A stretch of DNA of 48,017 bases, from contig JANLWX010000032.1 in NCBI GenBank assembly GCA_031364845.1, forward strand, positions 1 to 48,017, given 5' to 3'. Below the pieces are notes generated by a model. The model was not told the origin of the DNA, did not search any database, and saw nothing but the letters and a program-made list of their open reading frames with translations. A program made the translations under genes and the position numbers. This document shows, piece by piece, positions 1 to 8,961 of this stretch (position 1 is its first letter; each line of letters starts with the position of its first letter). This stretch comes from Candidatus Eiseniibacteriota bacterium (lineage in GTDB: Bacteria > Eisenbacteria > RBG-16-71-46).

Positions 1-1893
1 GGATCCGTTCACCTGAGCCGCACCGATGTCGGTCCCCAGTGCGGGGCGCTGGATGATCACCGCGATCGGCTGGAACGAGGTCTCCAGCACCTTCTCGAGC
101 CCCTGCGGCGGGTTCTCGTTGACCGAGTACGCGGTGACGGCGAAGTAGTAGGTCATGCCGTCCTTCAGTTTGCCGCCGCGGATCGCGTCCTGATCGGTGC
201 TGTAGGTGTACTGAACGCCGTTGTCACCACCGAACGCCGTCGGCGTGTCGTTGACGATGAGCCCCGTGTTCACGTCGAACACCGTGTCACGCACGTCCTT
301 GATGCCGTTGACGACATCGAACACCTTGAGCCGCTTCCAGGGGCCCGAAATCGAAGCGCCCTGATAGACGACGTAGCCCTCGAACTCCCAGCCCGGGGCC
401 GGCGTGTAGTTGAAGCGCGAGCCCGAGTCCCACAGCAGATTCACCTGATTGTGACCGGTGCTGTAGGTGACGCGCGGCTGCGGAGGAGGCGGCGGCAGCG
501 CGAAGTCGATGTCGAACGCCGTCTGGGCCTTCACGTCGAAGAACTTGAGGCCGGTGACCGACGACAACCGGTCGCCACCCTGTGCGATGATGATTGCGCC
601 GACGATCGTCTGCGTGTCACCCGCCGCCATCGAGAACGGTCCAGAGATCAGCATGAAGCGCCGGTCCGAGGGATTCGTGTCGAGGTAACCGGTCCCGGCG
701 ACCGGATCTCCCGAGCCGTAGAACTTGGTCGGATTTCCGTCCGGGTCGGTGAATGGTTCGCCGTCCCGCTGCAGGCCCTTCATGTAATTGAAACTCTGAT
801 CCGCCGACTGCGGGTCGGTGCCATTGATGTAGTAGATGAACGCGGTGAGCGGCAGCGTGTTGCCGCCGACACTCGGTCCCTGGAAGAAGTCGTAGCCGAC
901 GGCCGGAGGCCGGTCGGCGTACAGCTGGTCGGTGTTGGTGGCGTTGTAGACGTAGCCCAGCGAGAGCGTCGTGTCGCAGCCCACGAGATCGTCGCCGGCG
1001 CCGCCCAAGTCGGGATCGGACCACAGATTGATGTAGAGGCTTTCGATCGCCGCGCCGCCTTTGTTGATGATCTTGAATTCCAGGAAGATGGTGTTTCCGA
1101 GCGCGCCCTGGCGGTCGAACCCAAAGGTCGTCTGCTGAACCTCGACCCCGAGCGGCGCCGAGTTGCCCGCCCGGTTGTTGTGGGCATTCGGATTGGCGTC
1201 GTTGTAGACCGACCACAGCATCTGGTCGCCTTTCATGTCCGGACCGAGCACGGTCACCGAATCTCCGGGAGCACCGGTCGGGAATCGGTACTCGCGAATC
1301 GGCGCACCACTCGGACCCGCGCCATTCACGTACTCGCTCCAAGAATGATGCGCGATCGGATCGAGCGTGCGATCGCGGGCGGTCGCAGCCGGATCACGCT
1401 CGACGTGATCGGTGTCGGAAGGACTTCCCGCGTAGCGCACCACCTTGTACACAGTGTGGCGCGGATCGGAAGGATTGTCCGGCGTGAGCCCAATCATGGG
1501 GCCCGGCTCGTATTCCTGGCTGTACTCGCCGATCGCGGCGCGCACTTCGCCGTTCACTTTCCCCACCAGCCATGGTCCTGACTGGTAGACGGCGGTCTTG
1601 ATCGTGCCCTTCGGGAAGAACAGGCCGGAGTTGCCGTTGTTCTCGATGTCGTTCGCGAACGTGCCGTAGTTCGTGACGAACATGTTGATGTTGTTGACGT
1701 CGATGCGGCGTGACTGGTTGAACACCGTCGTGCGCGTCTCACGTTGAAGCTGAGTGCGGCGCGCCGGCGGTTTCGTGACCCAATGCGGCGCCGCGGCAAT
1801 CGTGCTGCCGGGCGCGGGGGCGGCCATTGCCGACGCACCCCAGGTTCCGAGTGCGACGGCAACGAGCGCAAGCCCGTACATGCGCGATTTCAT
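1..1893 (-). CDS. Large secreted protein partnered with the TonB-dependent receptor (FN3-like region); 3' end beyond the window
   Basis: Not in the ORF track because it has no stop in the window. My translation from ATG 1893 (GAGGAGG RBS): MKSRMYGLALVAVALGTWGASAMAA (signal peptide)...IDVNNINMFVTNYG...WSDPDLGGAGDDLVGCD...DRRFMLISGPF...PPPPPQPRV...FEGYVVY...YYFAVTAY, open to position 1. Confidence 0.85.
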   Translation of the reverse strand, partial: MKSRMYGLALVAVALGTWGASAMAAPAPGSTIAAAPHWVTKPPARRTQLQRETRTTVFNQSRRIDVNNINMFVTNYGTFANDIENNGNSGLFFPKGTIKTAVYQSGPWLVGKVNGEVRAAIGEYSQEYEPGPMIGLTPDNPSDPRHTVYKVVRYAGSPSDTDHVERDPAATARDRTLDPIAHHSWSEYVNGAGPSGAPIREYRFPTGAPGDSVTVLGPDMKGDQMLWSVYNDANPNAHNNRAGNSAPLGVEVQQTTFGFDRQGALGNTIFLEFKIINKGGAAIESLYINLWSDPDLGGAGDDLVGCDTTLSLGYVYNATNTDQLYADRPPAVGYDFFQGPSVGGNTLPLTAFIYYINGTDPQSADQSFNYMKGLQRDGEPFTDPDGNPTKFYGSGDPVAGTGYLDTNPSDRRFMLISGPFSMAAGDTQTIVGAIIIAQGGDRLSSVTGLKFFDVKAQTAFDIDFALPPPPPQPRVTYSTGHNQVNLLWDSGSRFNYTPAPGWEFEGYVVYQGASISGPWKRLKVFDVVNGIKDVRDTVFDVNTGLIVNDTPTAFGGDNGVQYTYSTDQDAIRGGKLKDGMTYYFAVTAYSVNENPPQGLEKVLETSFQPIAVIIQRPALGTDIGAAQVNGS

Positions 1894-1921
1894 CCCTGGC
1901 CTCCTCGCCATGGTCGTCGTC

Positions 1922-4747
1922 CTAGAAGTTCGCCCGCAGCCCGAAGCGGATCAGGCGCGGATTTGCGTAAAGGTTCGGATTGCTAGTCGCCAGGTCGTAC
2001 AACCGGGCGCCGTTCGCACCGGTGCCCGCGAGGTAGGCCGCACCATCGTCGGTGTTGAGGAAGTTCGTCGACACCGGCGTGCCGGTCGACGTGTACACCG
2101 TGAGCGGATTCTTGTTGTCGAACACGTTGAGTCCCCAGATGAAGCCTTCCATCCGGAGCCCCGCGAGCGCGAAACCTCGTGACGCCTTGAGGTCCAGGTT
2201 CACGGTCCACGGTCCCGAGCGCGAGTTCAGCGGAGCGCTCGGCTCCGAGCTCACGGCCGCCAGCGTCACCTCGTTGTACACCTTGGTCGGCGTGTACGGA
2301 GTTCCGCTCGCGACGTTGAACAGGCCGTTGATCCCGAAGTCCTCGAGCAGGCGCAGACCCGCGACCAGCGGACCTTCGCCGCGGCCGAGGCGATAGTCGA
2401 GATTCAGCGAGATCTTGTGGCGCTGGTCGAAGTCGAGCGGCACGGTCTGCTTCGGAGTCTCGGTTCCGACCCACGCGATGTTGCGCTGCGTGTTGGACAC
2501 CGACCCGGTGCCCTGTGCGTACGAGAGGCTGTAGGACACGCTGCCCGAGATGTGATTGATCGTCCGCATCGAGAGACCGACGTCGAGCCCCTTGATCGTC
2601 GCGAAGTCGCGGTTGCGATACGACGAGAAGCTCTTCGGCTGGGACGCGATGTTCGTGATCTCGACCAGGTCCTTCACGTCCTTGTAGTACGCGGTCGCAT
2701 CGAGACGCACCCGGTCGCCGATCGCCCGCTGCACGCCGACTTCATACGCGGTCGTGCGCTCGGGACGCAGGTTCGGATTGCCGAATCCGACGAAGTAGCC
2801 GCCGGTACGGACCTTGTACTGGAGGAAGCGATACGAGACGTAGAGGTCTTGAAGATTCGGCTGCTGGTAGAACTGGCCGTAGTTGAACCGCAGCACGGTC
2901 TTCTCGTCGACCGGGAACGCGATCCCGAGCCGCGGCGAGAGACGCGCGTAGGACTTGTTGGTCTCCAGATCCTGCGTCTCGAGCGAGTCCGAGATGTTGC
3001 CGACCGCATCGGGATCGCCGAGCGGGAAGCGCTCGCTCAGCAACGCCGGCGTGTCGACGTTGATGTGGTCGAAGCGCAGCCCGCCGTTCACGATCACGCC
3101 CGCGCGCTCGTACTTGTCCTGCGCGAACACCGACCAGGTCTTCGGGTGCTTCGGACCGTCGTTGCCGCTGTCGACTTCCTCGATCCGGAACACCCCGTCC
3201 GAACCCTGGACGAGATCGTAGCCATATCCATCCCAGTTGGTGATGTCGGGACGCGTGCCGCCGAGGTTGGTCGGAAAGTAGTGATTGAACAGCCGCAGCG
3301 TGTGGTACTGGAAGTCCGCGCCGGCCTTCAGCTGATGGTACGAGTTCAGCTGCGACGACACGTTGCCCTGGACGCCGTAGTAGGACGAGCGGCGCTGCAG
3401 ATAGTCGTCGAACACGTGACCTTCGTCGAAGAACAACGGGATGTCCTGGTCGAACAGCGGATTGCCGCCATCGACGTAGTAGTCGCCAACGCGGTCGAAG
3501 GCGACGCCATCGCCGCGCTTGCGCAGCGTCTCGAAGTAGTTCACACCCAGCGTCGCGAACGTCTTCGTGCTGAACAGGTGGTTCAAGGTCGCAAAGTAGT
3601 TCTGATTGCGGTCCTCGTAGCGGGGCGCGTGATCGAGGTTGAACAGATAGGCGTGCGAGTACTGCCGCCAGTCCTCCTGGGATCCGAGTCCGCCGAACTT
3701 GAGCTGGTCGTTGTCGCCGATCTGCCAGGCGAACTTGCCGTGGAGCGTGAATCCCGACGAGCTGTTCTGCGGCTTCACATCGGAGTCGAGTTCGAGTGCC
3801 TCGAGCTGCTGCTTGAAGGCGTCCGGCATGAACGCCGGCGCCCGGTCACGCTGCCAGCGCCGCTCGCCGGAGATGTAGAACGTCAGCCGGTCGCTGCCCG
3901 GAATCACGGGTCCGCCGATCGACGCGTCGTACACGTTGTAGTCCTTGCGCGCAGCCTTGATCCAGTCACCCGAGAACACGTCGGAGATCGCCTCGATCGA
4001 GCCGAAGTACTTCTCGGTCCCCTCGCGGGTGATGACGTTCACCGCCCCCGACATGATGCGGCCGTATTCGGCGTTGAATCCGCCGGTCATCACGACCACT
4101 TCCTCGATCGAGTTGTTGCTGATCGAGGTGCTCGAGGTTCCGGTGAGCGGATCCTGCTGCGAGAACCCGTCGACGAAGTAGGCGGTCTCGTTGGGGCGTC
4201 CGCCGCGGATGATGAGCGTCGGCGAGTTCTGAGCCTCGGTGTCGATGTTGCGCTGGAAGTTGACGACGCCGGTCTGCTGAGCGGCGGCATCGCGATAGCC
4301 GCGCGTCGGCATCTTCTGGATGTCGTCCTGGCTCAGGAAGCGCGTGGTGCCGGTGGCGTCCTTCTGCAGCAGCGGACGATCGGCGTCGACGATCACTTCG
4401 GTCTGCTGGATCGCCTCGGTCTTGAGCGTGATGTCGAGGGTGGTCGAGAAGTCGGGATTGATGGTCACGTTCTGGGCAGCATAGGGACCGTAGCCCATGA
4501 GATTGGCACGGACCACGTAGACGCCGCCCGGAATCCCGATGATGAAGTAGTTGCCCTGGTCGTCCGTCACCGCGCCAAGGCGCTGGCCTTCGACACGCAC
4601 GTTGACGCCCGGCATCGGCTCTTTCTTCTCGTTCACGACCTTGCCGGTGAGCTTCCCGGTGGTTCCGGCGTGAAGAGGACTCGCAAGCAGGGTGGCCAGT
4701 GCCGCCCCCGCCACGAGAGCCGCGATTCCAAACATGAAGCGACGCAT
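1922..4747 (-). CDS. TonB-dependent receptor with N-terminal carboxypeptidase-regulatory-like domain
   Basis: ATG 4747 with AAAGGAGA RBS; signal peptide; GTTGKLTGKV...TDDQGNY domain; plug motifs IRGGR...VDG and GGFNAEYG..MSGAVNVIT; barrel motifs GNPNLRPERT..YEVG; C-terminal Phe. Confidence 0.93.
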   Translation of the reverse strand: MRRFMFGIAALVAGAALATLLASPLHAGTTGKLTGKVVNEKKEPMPGVNVRVEGQRLGAVTDDQGNYFIIGIPGGVYVVRANLMGYGPYAAQNVTINPDFSTTLDITLKTEAIQQTEVIVDADRPLLQKDATGTTRFLSQDDIQKMPTRGYRDAAAQQTGVVNFQRNIDTEAQNSPTLIIRGGRPNETAYFVDGFSQQDPLTGTSSTSISNNSIEEVVVMTGGFNAEYGRIMSGAVNVITREGTEKYFGSIEAISDVFSGDWIKAARKDYNVYDASIGGPVIPGSDRLTFYISGERRWQRDRAPAFMPDAFKQQLEALELDSDVKPQNSSSGFTLHGKFAWQIGDNDQLKFGGLGSQEDWRQYSHAYLFNLDHAPRYEDRNQNYFATLNHLFSTKTFATLGVNYFETLRKRGDGVAFDRVGDYYVDGGNPLFDQDIPLFFDEGHVFDDYLQRRSSYYGVQGNVSSQLNSYHQLKAGADFQYHTLRLFNHYFPTNLGGTRPDITNWDGYGYDLVQGSDGVFRIEEVDSGNDGPKHPKTWSVFAQDKYERAGVIVNGGLRFDHINVDTPALLSERFPLGDPDAVGNISDSLETQDLETNKSYARLSPRLGIAFPVDEKTVLRFNYGQFYQQPNLQDLYVSYRFLQYKVRTGGYFVGFGNPNLRPERTTAYEVGVQRAIGDRVRLDATAYYKDVKDLVEITNIASQPKSFSSYRNRDFATIKGLDVGLSMRTINHISGSVSYSLSYAQGTGSVSNTQRNIAWVGTETPKQTVPLDFDQRHKISLNLDYRLGRGEGPLVAGLRLLEDFGINGLFNVASGTPYTPTKVYNEVTLAAVSSEPSAPLNSRSGPWTVNLDLKASRGFALAGLRMEGFIWGLNVFDNKNPLTVYTSTGTPVSTNFLNTDDGAAYLAGTGANGARLYDLATSNPNLYANPRLIRFGLRANF

Positions 4748-4955
4748 CGGTTCATCTCCTTTCGCGACCCACATTCCGCCCCGGTGCGATGGCCACCGAA
4801 GGGAGTAACGCAATGATGAAGTTGCGGGGGATGGAATACCGTGTCGGGACTGCATGTTATTCACGACGCGCCTCCTCGATTCCTCCGGTCGATCAAGCAA
4901 CTGCACAGGGATGCCGGCCTGGACTTTGGGGGCCATCTGGAACCTCTGCGAATGA

Positions 4956-4984
4956 AAGTTAGGCATCCTGATACAGGGTGTCAA
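4956..4984 (-). promoter_or_regulatory. Putative sigma70 promoter for the TonB-dependent receptor operon
   Basis: Minus strand TTGACA-N17-TAACTT, about 200 nt upstream of ATG 4747. Confidence 0.6.
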
Positions 4985-5082
4985 GCTGAGGACAACCAAC
5001 GCGGCAACGTTATCGACGGCGTTTGGCGCGGGGATTCGCGGCTTCGGGACTCGCGAACGATTCTCGAGGGCACGCGGGCGCC

Positions 5083-5122
5083 AAAACGAAACGGCGGAGG
5101 AACCCGAAGGCTCCCCCGCCGT
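5083..5122 (-). terminator. Rho-independent terminator of the porin-like gene
   Basis: Minus strand hairpin ACGGCGGGGGAGCC-TTCG-GGTTCCTCCGCCGT followed by TTCGTTTT, 20 nt after the stop at 5142. Confidence 0.8.
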
Positions 5123-5141
5123 GTCCGTAGAAACCCTGGGA

Positions 5142-6446
5142 TCAGAACGCGTACGTCGCGGTGACCTTCGGGAACGCGATGAAGCCGGACGGGTTGTTGC
5201 TGAACCAGCCGCCCAGCGTCTGCGGGAACAGGTTGTTCACCACGGCATCCAGCTGCAGCGTGCCGAGCTTCACACCCGCGCCGATGTTCATGTTGAACGA
5301 GGACTGGTTGAGGTTGACTTCCCGGCCACCGGCACCGAGGTCCGTGACCTGGACCTTCTGGTAGGCGCCCTTGTTGGCACCCATGCGGAAGGTCAGCCAG
5401 TTGTTGACGTGCGTCTCGAGCGCCGCGAACACCTGCGGCGTCAGCTGCTCCGTCACCTTGAGCGAATCGCCGACCGGGAATCCGGCACCCGTCACTCCGG
5501 CACCGACACCCAGCACGTCGTACTGCTGCTCGAGCTCGTTCTGGGCGAACGTGACGCCGAGCACGAACAGGTCGTTCGAGCCGATCGTCCAGTTGCCCGC
5601 AACACCGGCCTGCCAGCCGTTCAGCGAATTCTGGAACGTGGTGCTGTTGCCGCCCGTCGGGGTGGACTTGGTCGAGAGGTCGAACCGGTAGAACTTGACG
5701 ACCGGCGTGACCACGACGTTCGGCTGCCACTGCCAGAAGGCACGGCCCGCCACCATCCAGTTGGACGTGTTGTCCTCTTCCTCACGCGTGCCGCCGGTGA
5801 CCGAATTCTCGAAATCGCGGCTCTGGTACAGCAGCGCGAGCTCGACGTTCGTGTTCGGATTCATTTCGAAGCCGACACCACCGCCGAAGCCCAGCACATT
5901 GCGCGAAAGATTCGGATCGCCGTTCACGAGCGCCGCGGGGACGTCGAACTTGAGCGTCGTCGTCACACCGGGGAGCGCGTCTTCGAGCTTGAAGTACGAC
6001 CGGTTGAGGCGCAGACCGACCGACGTCGTGCCCATCTTCTGGCCCCACATCAGGTCGAACGACTCGTTGCTGTTGTTGTTCGGATCGAAACCGAGATCGC
6101 CCGGGTTCGGCTGTCCGAAGACGTCGCCAGAGCCGAGCGCCGGGGTCCACTCACGCAGGTGAATGCCCCACGTGCCGTAGCGGCCGTCGAACAGGTTGCC
6201 CAGCACCGCGCCGACGCTGCGGTCGAGAAGCAGCGCGGACGGCGTGTCTGTGGTCGTTCCGAGCTCACCGTAGATCAGGTTTCCGACGTTCGAGACACCG
6301 GACGGGTACGTGTAGATACCGGTGTAGTCCTTGATGTAATCGCCCTGAAGCGCCATTCCTTCGACGCGCGAGGTCTGGGCCGAAGCCAGGACCGGTAGCG
6401 CCAGCATGGCCGCAGCGAGAACGATACTCTTGTTGATTGAACTCAT
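5142..6446 (-). CDS. Outer-membrane beta-barrel (porin-like) protein
   Basis: 434 aa; signal peptide ending ASA; alternating amphipathic strands; C-terminal ATYAF barrel signature; strong AAGGAGG RBS; own terminator. Confidence 0.8.
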   Translation of the reverse strand: MSSINKSIVLAAAMLALPVLASAQTSRVEGMALQGDYIKDYTGIYTYPSGVSNVGNLIYGELGTTTDTPSALLLDRSVGAVLGNLFDGRYGTWGIHLREWTPALGSGDVFGQPNPGDLGFDPNNNSNESFDLMWGQKMGTTSVGLRLNRSYFKLEDALPGVTTTLKFDVPAALVNGDPNLSRNVLGFGGGVGFEMNPNTNVELALLYQSRDFENSVTGGTREEEDNTSNWMVAGRAFWQWQPNVVVTPVVKFYRFDLSTKSTPTGGNSTTFQNSLNGWQAGVAGNWTIGSNDLFVLGVTFAQNELEQQYDVLGVGAGVTGAGFPVGDSLKVTEQLTPQVFAALETHVNNWLTFRMGANKGAYQKVQVTDLGAGGREVNLNQSSFNMNIGAGVKLGTLQLDAVVNNLFPQTLGGWFSNNPSGFIAFPKVTATYAF

Positions 6447-6621
6447 TTCGTGATGCCTCCTTAGGCTTTATGGGATAGAGCTGCGATGGCCCCGATGCAG
6501 CATCAACCGTGTTTTTTGGCTGAGACCTACAACGCGGAAACTGCCGAGCCCCACCTCCTTTCGAAGCCGTCTTCAAAATTCGCGTTGGCAAACGTTGATG
6601 GCTCCATCCGGAGCACACAGT

Positions 6622-6661
6622 AAAAAGCCAGGACCACACCTCCACGGGGAAGGATCCTGGC
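6622..6661 (-). terminator. Terminator-like hairpin after the NlpC/P60 gene
   Basis: Minus strand GCCAGGATC...GGTCCTGGC followed by TTTTT, 40 nt after the stop at 6702. Confidence 0.6.
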
Positions 6662-6701
6662 GAACGCCCGGCGGGAACTTAGGGAAGCCCACGAAACCTT
6701 G

Positions 6702-7565
6702 TCAAGGCGATTCTCTTGCAATTTGCACGAACCGGATGGCCCCTTGCGGTGTAGCCGGAGGTCGCCGGCAGGCCCGGAACTGATCGAGCAATTCCTTGTC
6801 GCACATAGGATTACGGGCATCCATCGAGCCGATCAACACGCGGCCTCGAGCGTGCGCGAAGTACCCCCCGCCAAGGACCAGCCCGACGTGCGCGAGGCGG
6901 CCTCGCGGAGATCCGAAGAACAGCAAGTCCCCGAACTCAGCCTCCTCTCCCCTCTGAAGAGGAATCGAGGCTCGATACTGATCGTGAGCATCGCGCGGGA
7001 GCGTCACTCCCTGTTCCAGCATGAGCAATTGGACCAGCGCCGAGCAGTCGAGACCGACCGGCGTTCGGCCTCCCCATAGATAAGGAACGCCGAGCAGCGA
7101 GCGAACGCGCTCGGTGAGACCGATCGCAGGCTTGGTCCCGATCGCGACGGCTCCCGCGGCGATCCAACCGCGACGCCCATCCGGAAGCTCCGCCGAACGA
7201 TGCGCCGAACGCACCGGTCCCACGATCAGCCGGCCGTTCCAGACTACCGGACTCACCAACGCGCCCGTTCCACGACCGGTGCGCACCTCGGCATACGCGC
7301 TCACGACGCGCCAGCGGGAGCGCGCGCGCCATGCACGGGCTCGCGCCGCCGTGCACGGAACGATCCCCCAGTTGCGGACCCAGCCCGCGTAGCCATCGGT
7401 GTCGTTGCGCACCCACCACCACTGCCCGTTGCGCGAGGTCTTGATGATGCGCACGGTTTCACCGAGCAACAACTGGCTTCTCATTTCGCTCGTGTGCGCC
7501 GGATGCCGGCGCAGATCGAGTGCGGCCAGCGTCACCACACCGCACGCGGGGAGTGCGCGGCTCAC
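6702..7565 (-). CDS. SH3-domain NlpC/P60 (C40) peptidoglycan peptidase, YkfC-like
   Basis: SQLLLGE..V and DGYAGWV SH3-type region; PYLWGG...GLDCS catalytic Cys; GDLLFF; HVG. GTG start at 7565 overlaps the GWxTD stop (GTGA). Confidence 0.88.
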   Translation of the reverse strand: MSRALPACGVVTLAALDLRRHPAHTSEMRSQLLLGETVRIIKTSRNGQWWWVRNDTDGYAGWVRNWGIVPCTAARARAWRARSRWRVVSAYAEVRTGRGTGALVSPVVWNGRLIVGPVRSAHRSAELPDGRRGWIAAGAVAIGTKPAIGLTERVRSLLGVPYLWGGRTPVGLDCSALVQLLMLEQGVTLPRDAHDQYRASIPLQRGEEAEFGDLLFFGSPRGRLAHVGLVLGGGYFAHARGRVLIGSMDARNPMCDKELLDQFRACRRPPATPQGAIRFVQIARESP

Positions 7566-8827
7566 TCGAAAGACGGCCCGAGCAGCACGTAGCGCCCGAA
7601 CCCCTCGCGGTCCACGAACACGAACCGGCGATACGGCCGGTTGTAGTACCAGATCTCGAGCGGAGGCCCCGAGGAATTCGAGGGCCGGCTCTCGATCTGG
7701 TCGGGCTCCCCGTGCTTGATGTAGATGCGACCCATGTCCGACCTCCACCCGGGACCGATCGTCTGGAAGTGACGCTCGGAGTAGCGCACCCGGCGGAAGA
7801 ACTCGAGCATCGCCTCGTTGCGCGGCGTGTCCGGCGTGGGATCGCGGCGCCGCCAGAACTCGATCCACCCCGCCTCCTGCCCTCCGGGCGGCAGCTTGCG
7901 AAGCGCGTCGATCTCACTCGTCTCGGCGATGTACGAAAGCGGCTCCAGCATGCGCTCGAACTCAGGCCCGCGCGGCGGACCGCTCTCCTCGACTTCGAAC
8001 GAGCGCTCGACCCGCCACTTCGAGCGTCCCTCGCCCAGCTCGACCTCGAACACGTAGCCCCCGAGGAACAGCGCAACCGAGTCGGGCGCGATCACGACCG
8101 ATTGCGGCGACTGCTCGAGCGCGACCGTTCGCGTGCCCTGGGCGACCGCCTTGCCCGATTCGTCGAGTATCCGGTAGCGCACCGGATACGATCGCGGCCA
8201 CGGCCCCGGCTGGCGGTCGAACAGCGCCACACGCGAAGCGATGCGGGAGGCGTTCACTCCGTAGCGGCGCGTGGGAACCGGTCGGAACGAACCTCCGAGC
8301 TCGGCCACGCCGAGTTCGAGATCGGCGAGTCCGAGCGGAACCTTGGAGTAGTCCGGCACGTCGAGTTGGTCCTCGGCCACCGAGGCGACCTCGGTGTTCA
8401 GGTCACGAACACCGACCCGCACGCGATAGGTCCCCGGGGGAACGTCGAACGTCCGGCGCTCGAGGTTGCTGAGTCCGGTCGCCGTCGTGGAGCGGAAGTC
8501 GGGCACCAGCAGCGAGCGATCCCACACGTCCCCCACCTGCGCGGAACCCCGGCGCGGCTCGAAGACGACGGTGTACTCGGCGGCCGCCGCGTAGCCCCGC
8601 GAAGTCCGCAGCCACTGGAGCTGGTCGTAGGGCAGCGAGATGGAGACCGCGAGTGCGGGACGTCCATCGGGGTGGAGGGAGATCACGATGTCGGCCGTGA
8701 ACCGCGGAGGCCGCTCGGAGCGCAACGGCGGCAGGTTCGCGGCGAGAACCGCATCGGCGGGGCCGGATACGGCCACGAGGAACAGGAATCCCCATGCCCG
8801 CTTGCGAAGTCTGCTCGGCTTCAGCAC
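7562..8827 (-). CDS. GWxTD domain-containing protein
   Basis: FWRRRDPTPDTPRNE, GWRSDMGRIYIKHGEPD, EIWYY and F.FVD motifs; signal peptide. Start approximate. Confidence 0.88.
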   Translation of the reverse strand: MLKPSRLRKRAWGFLFLVAVSGPADAVLAANLPPLRSERPPRFTADIVISLHPDGRPALAVSISLPYDQLQWLRTSRGYAAAAEYTVVFEPRRGSAQVGDVWDRSLLVPDFRSTTATGLSNLERRTFDVPPGTYRVRVGVRDLNTEVASVAEDQLDVPDYSKVPLGLADLELGVAELGGSFRPVPTRRYGVNASRIASRVALFDRQPGPWPRSYPVRYRILDESGKAVAQGTRTVALEQSPQSVVIAPDSVALFLGGYVFEVELGEGRSKWRVERSFEVEESGPPRGPEFERMLEPLSYIAETSEIDALRKLPPGGQEAGWIEFWRRRDPTPDTPRNEAMLEFFRRVRYSERHFQTIGPGWRSDMGRIYIKHGEPDQIESRPSNSSGPPLEIWYYNRPYRRFVFVDREGFGRYVLLGPSFE

Positions 8828-8961
8828 GTTGGCGGCACGCTATCACAACCCCGCGCACCTCACGCAACTCCGCCTCGGAATTGCCGTTCAGGAATCGGCC
8901 GCAAGGTGCTACAGTGTGGCAACCGCCGACCGGGAACCGAGCATCCGCCGGGGCTTCGGTC

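Noticed and set aside
4748..4955. Riboswitch (cobalamin/TPP) in the TonB receptor leader
   Set aside because: No B12-box or TPP consensus visible by eye; an Rfam scan would be decisive.
451..6398. Long plus-strand ORFs (451-1581, 2417-4816, 5121-6398)
   Set aside because: Antisense shadows of motif-supported minus-strand genes, typical of high-GC DNA; no motifs.
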